Assembly (NCBI GenBank): GCA_016748015.1
Contig: JAAOMT010000231.1
Location: 207,453-271,452 of the forward strand
Direction: 5' to 3'
DNA length: 64,000 nt
Source: Geosiphon pyriformis uo1
Lineage: Eukaryota; Fungi; Glomeromycota
Notes under the pieces: model-generated
Database searches by the model: none
What the model was told of the DNA's origin: nothing
The model's input: the letters and a program-made list of their open reading frames with translations, nothing else
Translations under genes and position numbers: made by a program
Shown: one piece after another, positions 50,583 through 62,971 of the stretch
Position numbering within the stretch: position 1 is the stretch's first letter
How the letters are laid out: every line of letters begins with the position of its first letter

Positions 50583-53500
50583 TTTTAATATAGTAAATTG
50601 TTAAGATAGTTTACGAAGTAATTTAGAAACTTTTGTGGTATTAGCAAAATAATAAGCTACAATAAATTCGATTTTTTTTGTATGTATAAATTGCAAGAAA
50701 GTGTCAAATAATTTAAGAGAATTTAGGAATTCTTCCACCCTTTTTATATTTAATTTTTTGCTACGTTACCTCGCGCCAAATTCTAACGCGAAAGATCTGC
50801 GAGAAAAAACCTGTAAACCTAAAAAAGCATTGATCCGTAGGCTTTTACTGTTTTTGTTTTTCTTGCCACAACTAGAAAGAAATTTGAATTTCTCCGTTAA
50901 TTGAGCCTGTCATAACCTTAAATTAGCAAGTAACCAATGGGTAAAACAGCGTTAAAATCAACTGGACGAGTGGTTAAAGCCTCATGCATTTCCTGTTCCC
51001 ATTTTGGTTTATTGTTACTCAACAGGCTGTTAACGAATAGAGAATTTAGAATAGCATATAAATTGACTTGTGATTTCCAAGTAAAATTTTTCTTCGAACC
51101 TGATACATATAATTAATTAGTGATTAGAAAACACCAAACAAATAAGAAGTTTTTGTAAACACATGTTTGAGAAATCTATTAGCATTATGTTATGGGCAGA
51201 AAATTTCCTCTTATGGTCAATGGGAACTTTTTCTCTTATGGTTTATGGAACAAGTTCCCAGATGAATATAGAACCAACGTTCGCAAATTTGAAAGAATTC
51301 TTGAAGCAAAATCCATTGCTCAGCACATTGAATAAAATCCTTCTTTTAGAACAGACAGACACACTCCCAAGCCCCGATTCGAGTTGACAAGGAGCTTTTA
51401 GATCGATTCATTATCTTTCAATTTCCAAATCGATCTTTGTCCAAATATAAGTTAGCCTTTGTTCTAATAATAAGCCTCAGTAGACATGTATGACATTTTT
51501 CGAAAAAACAATCAAATTTTTCTTAGACTATATTATTAGTATTTACGGAGAACCCAGTTTTGAAAGTTTTAAATTATGAGCATAATTAATAAAGAAAAGG
51601 AGCAGACTTTCTTTTAAAGATGGATTGCCCCTTCATGTTCTCACGATGTCAACAGCCCTGTTTAGCGAAACTAATTAGGAATGGCTTCAATGATTTTTGG
51701 TTAGCCTATATTTTATCTAATGAGGCTGTGAATGGTTTAGTTCAGAAATAGTAATGGGACCAAATTTTCAAAGATGAAACCTGCTCCTTAATTTTCAAAA
51801 ATTCTGTCTCGTGAATAGTGAATAGGTTTCGATGCAATTTTCTCATGATGTTCTAACGGAAAAACTTTTTCTCAGGGCTAGTCTAATCACAGATTTTAAA
51901 GTTTTATGTTAACTGTAATTTAGAGTTGATGCTAGGGGATTATAGCATGAGCTCTCCAAAGTGTGATGCTGGGAGAAATGACGAAGGCTTTGGAAACAAG
52001 CATCAATACAAAATAGATTTCTGCAATGCCAGCTTAAAAAAGATTCTAGAAGGAGAAATATGTTGATTTAGCATATGATTTTAGTCTTACACGAAAACAA
52101 ATATTACGCCACGTTTCGATGATCTACAACTCTAACCCTTCTAACCGTTTATAGAGCAAAAGCAAACCGAGTTTAACGTTAAAAACCGGTACTCTCTAAA
52201 TCTGTTATCGTTCATCCTCAATAACTTAATCCGAACGACATGGGTCATTCTTTGTTAGCTCTTATCATGAAGGTCAATCCTGTTTGTTGATGCAACCCCA
52301 GTTATAATTCTCACGAGTGGATCTAAAATTCCAAGCCTTAATTTAGTAACGAGATTTCCCGTGATAAGTATGAAAGAAAATTTATTCGTTCCTAATTTTT
52401 CGATAATGAGTTTCAAAGAAACTATAAATCCCATTTCTGCTCAAAATTAAAAATCACAACGTTTTTTAATTAATATACTCCTCAGTTTACAAAAATATCG
52501 ATCGTAAAATATGTTTATTTTTTTAAATGAGTTATTTTTTATCCAACCATAACAGGAAGCTTTAATGCAAAAGAATATACTAAAAGCATTGTTGATATAA
52601 ATAATAAACAAATTAAGCTTTACAACAATACAAAACACTTTAAAAAATACATGAAATATTTTTAATTTAATTAATCATAATAAATATATATAAATAATTT
52701 GTAAACTATTTATGTTGAAAATTCTACCAAATTAAAAATAAAATAACTTGATCTGTTAAAATTATAACATAATATTTTATTTTATTTATTTAAAATAATG
52801 ATTAAATATTGATTTTTTAATTATTATATTATTAAAATTTTATTATCAAAATAATTAAAATTGTAAAATCTTATTTTTTTAAAATAGTATTTATTATATA
52901 ATTTTGCAAATTATTCATTATATATATTAATTAAATTATAAACAAGATTTATGGTTTTTGTAATATATAATTAATTATTTAAATCAAAGTTAATAAATAT
53001 TTTTCTATCTTTTAAACCAAAAATACTTAATACTTTAATTTTACCAAAATAATCAACAAAAATCTGTTTGTTTCTATATTGAAAAAAATTCATAAGCACA
53101 ATAATAATTAAATTAATAATATATTATTATAGATAATTTATCTTAATAAGATATTATAATATTTGTGCTTTATATAATATTAATTATTATAAATATTATT
53201 AAATTTACTATTATGTTTTATTTATGAAAATTTTTTATAAAAAACAAAAATATTAAAATATTTTTTGTAAAAATTAATATAATAATTAATAATAATAATA
53301 TTTAGTTTGTTTTATGCTGTTTAATTATAATTAATAAGATCTGATATTATTTTTTTGTTTTTTTAATAAGCTAACAAATTTGTTTTAATTTTTTATTTTA
53401 TTTATCTGTTAAAAATCTTTTATTAAATTATTATAATATTAAATTATTTATATAATAGTTATATTATGTTTTATATTTATTTTAACTGGTTTTAAATAAT

Positions 53501-54459
53501 TAATAATTCTTAAAAAAAAACAAATTAAAAAAAGAAATAAAATAAAAATTAATATTTTATTAATTATTAAAATTAAAAATTATTGTTTTAAAAATAATTT
53601 TAATAATATTATATAATAAACATCTGATTTTAAATAAAAAATAAATAAGTTTTTAGGAATTATATAATAATATTTAATTTATAAATTATTATAAAAAGAT
53701 TTTTATTTGAAATAAAAAATAAAAATAAAAAATAATTTTGTTTATTAAGTTTTAAAAAACTTTAAATACACAATAGTATATTGTTATAAACTAATAAACT
53801 TTAGCTTAATACTTTTAATATTATTAAAATACTTAAAATATTTTTTATTTTATTAAAAAAAAAATTATTATTCAAATAAAAAAATAGCAAAAATTAATAA
53901 ATAATATTAACCAATTAAATATTAATATTATAAATAACACAATATTAAAAAAAATTTCAGAAATGTCAAAAATATTAAAAATAATAAAAAATACCAAAAA
54001 AATAATCAAAAACACCAGAATATTTATGTTATTAAAAATAAATATATATATATAAATAATAGTAAAAAACAAAAAAAATTAAATAAAAACATATAATATT
54101 TAATTCAATTAAAAAATTAAAAACTATTTTTATTTTTGGTTAAAATTATTTTTAATTATCAAAAAAAAAACCAAATTATTAAAAATTATTAACAGTTTTA
54201 TTTTATTGTTAATTAATAATTAAAATTAAAACATTAATATCTTAAAACAAAAATTAAATTATTTTTATCTTAAATTTTATACTTATTTTTATAAATTTTA
54301 AAATTATGTTTAATAGTTAAGAAAATTTTAAGAAAAAACCATTAAAAAATTTATTATTAATTAAATAAAATAATCATAAAATAACATATTAAGAATTAAA
54401 ATTTGAATAATATAGAATTTTATAGTTTTTTATATTATATATATTTTTGCTATAAAATA

Positions 54460-55967
54460 AAAAAATTGCTGTCTTTGATTGCTTAGATTTTTTTATTTAA
54501 GTAGATTTTTAGATATTCAAAAGTTTTTACATAATTTATAAATAGATGTTTTTAATATTTACACAAATAATTTTTTAAAGTATTTAAATATTACTGAAGT
54601 TATTAGTAATATAACAGCTTATTTTTTTGATATTGAAATGAATATAAGAGTTGAAATACATGATTTGCTGTCTTTTATAATAACAAAACTACAAATAATT
54701 GTTCTGACATTAAAATATATTCCTATATTATGTTTAATAGTTGTATATATAGACAACTAAACAATATTAGATAGATATATTTTAGAATTTAAGCTTTATA
54801 TACCAGATTTTTGAAACAAGTACTAAGTTAAAAAATATTAGATTATTGATTTAATAAGATCTAATGACATTTTTGTTAAATAAATAAAGATTAAAAATTA
54901 TTTAGATAATATTGATAATAATAGAGCCAACATTTTTACATATAATACAATGTATTTTGGTTGTGCTTTTTTGAAAGAATTTATAAAAAGTTCATTCAGA
55001 TTAATAATTAAATTATATTAAAAAATACTTGTTACTTTGTTTAAGATATTTATTAAATTGTTTATTATGTTTAATAAAAAGCTGATTTAAGTACAAAAAT
55101 TATGAATAAATCAATGATCAAAGACATAAACTAAAATAGTACTACTGTAATATAATATTCAGATTCTTATATATTATTAAGATTTACAAGTAAGATTTTT
55201 ATATATATTTAATAAAAACAGCTTATAAAAAACTGCCAACTGCTATTAAAAAAGGACTTTATAATAGAGATTATTTAAATATATTGTATTTATTATGTAA
55301 TAATATTAAACTACCTAATTATGTTTTTACTTATTTAAAAAAAGCTATTATATATTCTGAAATTTTGTTAAATTATGTGAATTTGTGAAAGTTTTTGATA
55401 AATAACTGTTCTTTGTCATTATTTTTGGTAGCATATATGTTTTTTTCTGGAATTTCAGATATTAATATTTATGTAATTCTATGTAAAAGTTTTGTTTCAA
55501 AGATTAGATTAATAAAGTGGTTTCAAATTTTAATAATAAAAAGAAAATAGTATTAGTAGTAATTGATTTTGTTTACTATTTAGCTAAAAAACATTATAAC
55601 AAGCTTTAATTATTTAGGACAAAATTCAGGATAAATATAGAAAAAAGTGATTTAGTGAATAATATTAGAATGATTTCTGTAATTTAAGTAAAGTATCAAA
55701 TTTTTGTTTGTTAAAGTTGTATGTTTACTTGGTATTGTTAAGTTTTTTGCTATTGGTTTTGGTTTACTCTTTTTTTTCAAGTATTAATAATAAAATAAGA
55801 GTTTATATAAGTATATAGTATTGTTCTAATTGGTTTAAATAGCTGGTTATATGTAGTAAGTATAGAATCATGTTTAATTAGTCTTACTTAGTTTGTTTCT
55901 GTATGCTAAATAATAGTTAGGCTGTACTCATTAATAATAACAATAATAATAATAATAATAATAATAA
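54460..55967 (+). mobile_element. Old hypermutated LINE 3' fragment (ORF2 C-terminal zinc-knuckle region) ending in an (AAT)n tail
   Basis: 55206-55335 reads YLIKTAYKKLPTAIKKGLYNRDYLNILYLLCNNIKLPNYVFTY, a transition-decayed form of the LINE motif LP....LY...Y....CxxC....E...H.F.C; (AAT)n at 55932-55967. Confidence 0.6.
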
Positions 55968-56332
55968 ATTAGTACTATAATAACATAAATCTGTTTTTTA
56001 ACTAATTATACAAAAAAAATTATTATTTTTCAAGTTAATATTAATAAAAAACTTGTTTTTAAAAATTTAAAATAGTTTAAACTAAAATTATTTTATTTAA
56101 AAATTAGGTTTAATAATTAATTAAAAAAACTTTACTTTAATTTATAATTAACAATTTTTATTAAAAAACTATAATAAAACTATATTATTTAATATATATA
56201 TATTATATAATAAAAAACTTCTTTCTCTCTTACCTTTACAAATCCCCAAAAAGTGCATTTTCTGAAAAAAAAGTTTTTTGTTTTTTTTTAGTCTATATCA
56301 ATATTTCTTTACCTAATAGTAACCCATTTTTT

Positions 56333-58935
56333 GTGGATATAAAAGCTACTGCTAGTAGCACCACACCTAAGAAGAAGGCTCCTAAGGGTGCTTTTCATGG
56401 TCCTGCTGGTGACTTTTTTTTTCAGAAAAAAAAAGTTGTTCTTAGTAATGTAAAACATTCTGATGATAAAAGAGATATATCCTTGAGCAAAGCTGGATCT
56501 AGTGACAGTGTTTATTCTAATGTGAAGAGTCTATCTGGTAAGGATAAAGATGTTAGCATGTCTGGAACAAATGGTGAATCTCTTTTGGGTTCAGTTATTA
56601 CTATACCCAAAGCAAAGTGAGTCAACACTGGTGCTGGTTTTGGTTCTTTATTCGGCTCTCCTAATTTTCATATGGATGATGATGAAGTTGTGCTCCTTTC
56701 TCACTTGCCTATCTCTTTAGAAAAAAAGTGAATTAACCCTAAAATTATCAAGACTCCTGTGGAAGTATTAATTAGAAAGTTATTTGCTTTGGATATTAAT
56801 CTCTCAGCTATAGAAGGTAAATTGGCAATGACAAAGACTCAGTTAATTAGAAAATTTTTTTCAACAGTCAATGGTTTTGGGGAGGCCACTACTCCCTCAA
56901 AATTTGAAGGGATTATCTGATCAACATTTACATCAGAAAAAAGCATGGAGATGGCCACATCATTGGCCAGGGAAAAAGAGATCGATGTAAACAGCAATCT
57001 TAAGAAACAAGGAATGAGGTCAGATCAGACTGTGGTAATTAAGAAAATTCTCATAGACACATCTAAGGACATAATTGTTGCCGCAGTATCCAAATTTGGG
57101 GAAATTAAGTCAATCAAAATTCAACTAATGGGAATGTGACAAAAAACTGTAGTGGAGTTTGCTGAATCAGACCAAGCTAATTTATTGGCCTCAAAATGGT
57201 CATTCCTGATTGGTAAAGACTCTGTGTGCATAGCCAAAGCAGTAGAAGATCATGAGACCTGGGTGTTAAGGGATCAGTTCAAAGTGCTGTTGTTTATTCT
57301 GCTGGTAGAAATGACAGCACATGATCTTGGGACTCTTCTGAAAAAGGCTGGTGGGAAAACTTGTATCATAAACAGATCTCTGGGAACTGGTAATAGAATT
57401 TGCTGTGCAGTAGTTGGTTTTGAATTTGATAATGATCTGAAATTTGTCTTTTGCACAGAGCTGATTCTTGGCAGTATTAGACTTTCTTGGACAAGGATGG
57501 ATCTAGTTCAGTGTAAGAGATATGAGAAATTTGGTCATTCTGCTCTGGAATGTAATGCACCTGTTGCAACCATCTCTAAGTCTTTAAAAAAACCATTTAT
57601 AAGAGTTGTATCTAATGAACGTTGTCTTCAATTGGTTAAATTGTATAAGAAAAAGAGTGTTCCAATATCTCACCCTGCTGTTTTTGGTAGTAAGTCTTGG
57701 GCCCAGATGGTCTCACTTGTTGGTTCTTTTAATGGTTTTCACTTTGCTTCTGGTTCCAGTTCCTCTCTTTCTGGCACCTCAGGCTTGAATAACGGTATCC
57801 CTTCCATCTCAGTTAACAATTCATCTTTGGATGCTCATTTGGTCTCTTTGGAACAATCCTTAGAATTATTAACTGACCAAGTCTCTGACATCATGTAAAA
57901 ACTCAGCAACATGGAATTGGTGCCGCAAGCTTCAACTTCCCCCCTAAAGTCTCAGCTACTTTGATTGCTACCAAAGAGGATTTGATTGTGGATATTGTTA
58001 TAGATAATTCTGGGTTGGTACTATCATCCTCCTCCTCTGCTTCTCCTAGTATCTCAACATTGGGTCTAAGTAGTTCAAAGGTCTTAACTACCAAGATTGG
58101 CTGTTTGGAATCTAAGTTGGTGGCTCTTGAGGCCTCTATTGGTTCTGTTTTGGCGAAATTAAAGCTGATCTGTGCTGATTTGAGTTTATTGGCCTTTTTT
58201 TCTTCTCAATGAGTGATTTGATCTAGAAGATAGCTACCTGTAATGTTCAGAGTATTAATGTCCCTGCCAAGCAGAAGGATGTTGTTTATTGACATAAAAA
58301 ATCTGGTAATATGGTTTCTATTATCATGGAAACAAAGTTGAGGTCTAATATTAGGCCATGGATAGCCAATAAGTTTGATGGAGTAAGAATATTCTCGACA
58401 GGCTTGGATAAGAGCTTTTTTGGTGCTGGAGTAGCAATAATCATGGACAATAATCTGGCTTGTTATGTGTGCAAAATTGAGAAAATTCCAGATTGGGTTA
58501 TTCTAGTGCAGCTCTTGTTTAAAGACAAGCTTTTAGTTTTGATTTTGGGTCTATATGCTAGTGCTTCAGTTAGAGCTAAATTCAGTCAAGCCCTGGAGAT
58601 TAATGCATTTATTGCTAAGGCTGTCAACTCTAGTTCTTTCTTGGTTATTGGTGGGAATTTTAATAAAAATAATTTAAGAAAAAGTGCATGTTTCAGGTTC
58701 TGTTCAGATTTGGGTTTGGTTAACTCACTTAGTGGATCTTCTTTGGTCAAGGCTCTCACATGGAGCAATTCTAAAAGAGTTGAGAAGACCATAGACTTTG
58801 TTTTGTTAGAGCAAGTTTGGCTTCTGCAGTCACTGGACATGCTGTTAGTTCTGCTTCAGAATTTTTTAAGTCTGATCATAAGGTAGTCTTGGTCTTAGTT
58901 GGTTTGGGTGGCCTTGTAGATGTCAATTTGAATGG
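56333..58935 (+). mobile_element. Non-LTR retrotransposon (LINE), degenerate: ORF1 (RRM-like plus CCHC knuckle) and ORF2 APE endonuclease, interrupted by a Gypsy insertion
   Basis: ORF1 fragments 56333-58212 with CKRYEKFGHSALEC; ORF2 from ATG 58209: IATCNVQSIN, IIMETKL, GAGVAII, IGGNFN, TWSNS..TIDFV, SDH; in-frame stops. Confidence 0.92.
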
Positions 58936-59707
58936 TGTTACAGGGGATTATTTCTGTTGTTGAAATAAATAACAACCTGTAACTTGGTGCTTGTGAAGCT
59001 ACTTCCGTTGATAAGGTTCTGCGAGTATTGTATCTGAAAATTTTGATGGAGTCCTTTGTATAATGAACAGAGATTCAATAGTTGTTTTATCCGTAGCTTC
59101 CCAGATTCGCAAGTCTGTTAATTTTTTTCTCAGCTTGGTGGCCGGCAATCCTCTGGTAAGTAATCCGTATCTTCTGTACGTGTTTTACCCTTTTACAGGG
59201 GTCTTTTACCAGGCAATCCTTGATGTCAGTAATCAGTGCTTTTCAATTGATGGGTTAGTGCACAATAATAACTCAAAATAAAATAAAGAAAAATAAGAGA
59301 AAATAAAGAAAGAAAAGAAATAAGCCAAGGTGATTTGAAGATTAGTATTCCATCAATAGCCATGATCAAGAGCTATTGTTCCAGTGTGGTTAAGTATCAC
59401 TTATTATCAACATGAAGTGTTGATAGTGGAGAGTAAATTGAGATATAGAATAATTATTTATTTGATGATTTTTGTTTCTAGGCTAAGAATTCTGTGGTAT
59501 TGATTCTGTCTTTTCTGTTTCTAATACTACTGCTATATATACATAATTGAGATTCCTCAATTTCTTGATTTTTCATGACAGGAATCCTAGAATTCCTGGA
59601 ATCTTGCGATTTCTTTGAGAGAAATCCTGAAATTCTACATTTACTATGCTTACTTCTGATTGGCTAATAATTATGCTAATATATTTCCTATATTTCTATG
59701 AGTAACA
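58936..59707 (-). mobile_element. 3' LTR (772 bp) of Ty3/Gypsy element, preceded by a polypurine tract
   Basis: Bounded by TGTTAC...GTAACA; minus-strand PPT AAAAGGAAAAAATAA at 59708-59722 abuts the LTR; LINE coding similarity stops exactly at 58935. Confidence 0.88.
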
Positions 59708-59719
59708 TTATTTTTTCCT

Positions 59720-60371
59720 TTTAATATTGAGCTCCGTCAAAATCCAACTCATGTAATTCCCTCTCTTGAAGTATTTTTTGGATTTTGTTTTCGAGAATTA
59801 CTTGTGTTATTTGGGTCTGTACTTCTTCAAATTGAGTATTGATGATTTTTCCCAATTGATTACTGGTGACCATATCCATTGCTTTGTTGAGCAATATTTC
59901 TGGTTTATCCTAAAATGCTGTGTGTATTTGGTATATGGCTTGGGCTTGTGTGGATAAGTTGTTCTTTTCCACAAAATGTTCTAATTGTTGTAGTATTCTT
60001 TTGTCAAATAATCGCTTTGTTTTATCTGTATATAGATTCTGGATATTTATGTGTTGTCCCAAGTAAAAATAACAATAGTTTCTTGGAAATTGTTGTATTC
60101 ACCAATTCCAAGTTTTTTTAGTCAACTCTTGATATAGTGACTCTTTTGTCAATTCTTTTATTGCTAATTTTACTTTCGTCATAATTTTGTCTACCGTATC
60201 TTCAGTTTTTTTTGGTGTTCTGAGTTGCAATGTCTTTTTAGTATCTTGATATCAAATGGTTTGTTGGTTGATTGTAATCTCTATTTTCTGGTGTTGAATT
60301 AATTAAAAGAGTTGTTGTGCTAGTGTGTAAATGTTGTCTGTAATTTCCATTTTTCTGATATTTTCTGTCAT
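59720..60371 (-). pseudogene. Extra ORF of the Gypsy element between integrase and PPT (degenerate, unknown function)
   Basis: ATG 60371 MTENIRKMEIT..; after a frameshift NYCYFYLGQHINIQNLYTDKTKRLFDKRILQQLEHFVEKNNLSTQAQAIYQIHTAF*DKPEILL..VTSNQLGKII; few stops over ~210 codons. Confidence 0.55.
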
Positions 60372-60467
60372 GTCTACTATGTCTTTATATATTCTTTTGA
60401 TTGATCAATTTAATGTGTTGTTGTTAATAATAACTATTGGTTCCAGATCTCATGGAATCTCATCTGG

Positions 60468-61775
60468 TCAGACTAGTATTCTCTGTACTCCTAATTGTGA
60501 AATATTACTAGTAGATGGTAGTGTGATGTCACGATATGGCTTTAGTTGATCTCTATGTGCTGCTTTGGTTAAAATTTTGTTATCCAATCTTAATTTGTAA
60601 GCTCCATTTCCTAGAATTTCTTCTATGTAAAATGGTCCATCCCATTTGGAGTCAAATTTTTTACTCCATTGTTTTTCCGGTTTGGTACGATATAGTAATA
60701 CTTTGTCTCTAATCTTGAATTCAACTGGTTTGTCTGGTAGTTGACTATCATGTCTTTCTTGTGACTTTTGAATATTATTAGCTGCTTTTCTTCGTTTGTT
60801 TTCCAATGTTTCCATTAAGTTATATGTTCTTCTCAGCAATGTTTCTTGAAAATTTTCTTCTGTTATTGGTTTAGCTGGATATGTATTAATTTCTCTCTCT
60901 ACTGATAATGTTGCTGTTCTCCCATATACTAATTCAAATGGTGTTGCTTGTGTAGTATCTTGTTTTATTGTCCGATAAACAAATAGTACTGATGATATGA
61001 ACAAATTCCAATTGTTCTGGTTTTCTTGGCTGAGCTTAGCTATTGTTTCACACAGTGTTCTATTGAATCTTTCTACTAATCCGTTGGTTTGTGGATGGTA
61101 TGATGATGATAATGGTCTCTTAATTCCAAATCTTTGGCTCAATTCTGTTAATGTTTTGTTCACAAAATAAGTTCCTTGGTCTGATAATAATTCTTTTGGA
61201 CATCTATGTTGACAAATCAAATCTTGATAAACGAATTTGGCAACGGATTCTGCATCCGCTCTTTGAATTGCTTTTGCCTCTGACCATTTAGTGAGATAAT
61301 TCATAGCTACCACTATGTATCTGTTTCCTCTGCTGGTAATTGTTAATGGTCTAACTAAATTAATTCCAATACGGTCAAATGGTTGTTCCACTTTGATTGG
61401 TCTTAATGGTTCACTGGGTCTTGTTCCTTCTCTTCGCTGACAAACATCACAATTTTGAACATATTGAATAATGTCTGGGTACATTGATGGCCAATAATAT
61501 CTCTTTCTGGTTTTTTCTATGATTGCTTCTTTGTAAAAATGTCCTGTTGTTGGATTTGAGTGCATGTTGAATAATATTGTCTTTTTTTCTGGCTCCGTAA
61601 TTACTCTGGTTGGTTGATCTGGATCCCTTCTATTTTTCCGATAAAGTATATTTTGGTAAGTGATAAAATATTTTGATTGTTGTTTGATACTCTTTTGTTC
61701 CGTTTGAGATAAATTCTTCTTAAACTGTTGAGTGTTTATATAATATTGCAATTGTTGATATTTTTGTATGTTCAT
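60468..61775 (-). mobile_element. Ty3/Gypsy integrase (H2C2 zinc finger, DDE core with first Asp mutated to Asn, GPF motif)
   Basis: HSNPTTGH..CDVCQ; PFDRIGINLV, SDQGTYF, YHPQTNGLVERFN, WDGPFYI. Confidence 0.95.
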
Positions 61776-62971
61776 CTTTTATTGTATTTTTCTGTTGGTA
61801 TTGTTCTGGTTTTGTTATATTTTTGGGTTGAAATGTTCTTAGATTTGTTTTATTCACAATAAACCATCTGCATCTCCGTTGTCTTTTCCTTTTTTATAAT
61901 GTATAGTATACTTATATGGTGCGAGTACCATTTTCTATCTTGACTGTTTTCTATCTCCAAATTCTTGTTTTTGAAGTGATGTTAATTCTTTGTGATCTGT
62001 GTATATCTCAAACTTCTGGCTCAAATATTCTTTCCATTTCATAACTGACCAGTATATTGCTAAGTGTTCTTTTTCCAGTGTTCCATAGTTCTTTTCGGCC
62101 AGTGTTAAACCTCTGTTGGCATATGTCACTGGATGTTCTCTGCCATCTGGTCCTCTTTGAGATAGTACTGCTTCTAATGCCTGGCCGGATGCATCTATGG
62201 TGATGATAAATGGTTTGCTGTGATCTGGATAAATCAGTACTGGAGCTTGTATAAGCTTTCTTTTTAGAATATCAAAAGCTTCTTGTTGACTTTCAGTCCA
62301 TTCATATTTTGTATCTTTGTTTTGCAGTTGGTTGAGTGGCTGTGCTATTTTGGAAAAGTTCTTGATAAAATGTCGATAGTAGCTGGCGAATCTCAAGAAT
62401 GATTTCAGTTCTGTCATATTGATCGGCACTGGAAAGTTCTTTACTATCTTTATTTTCTCTGGATCCGTTTTGATGCTGTCTTTGCTGACTATGTGTTCCA
62501 AGAATTTTAGTTCTGTCTTGTCGAAGAAGCACTTTGTTGCATTTAACTTTAGTCCTATTCTTCTTAGTCTTTCGAACACTTGTTGAAGATGATGAAGATG
62601 ATCATCAAATGTTTTTGAGAATACATTGGTGTTGTCCAAGTATACAACTACTGATTTCCACAATAAGCCAGTATAAACGATTTCCATTAGCCATTGGAAA
62701 GTTGCTGGAGCATTGGTTAAGCTGAATGACATCACTTCAAATTTGAAATTCCCTTCTCTAGTAGTAAATGCCATCTTTTTTTTGTCAGTTGGATTCATGA
62801 CTACTTGCTAGTAACCACTGTCCAAATCTAATGTTGAGAATCATTTGTTCCCACCAAAAGCATCAAATAATTCTTGTATTTGTGGAGTTAGATAACTGTC
62901 TTCACAAGTTACACCATTGAGTTTTCTGTAGTCTACACAAAACTGGATTTTTCTATTCTTCTTATAGACAA

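Noticed and set aside
51160-52440. Moderately GC-richer island with short ORFs and a small duplication (CTCTTATGG x2)
   Set aside because: No consistent frame, splice pattern or recognisable domain; left unannotated
53872-54072. Hydrophobic 66-aa ORF resembling a mitochondrial membrane protein or NUMT
   Set aside because: F/I/N-rich composition is what near-zero-GC sequence gives by chance; no mitochondrial gene motif
59063-60549. Several plus-strand hydrophobic ORFs that might be env-like
   Set aside because: Antisense to the A-rich Gypsy strand or inside the LTR; hydrophobicity comes from T-richness
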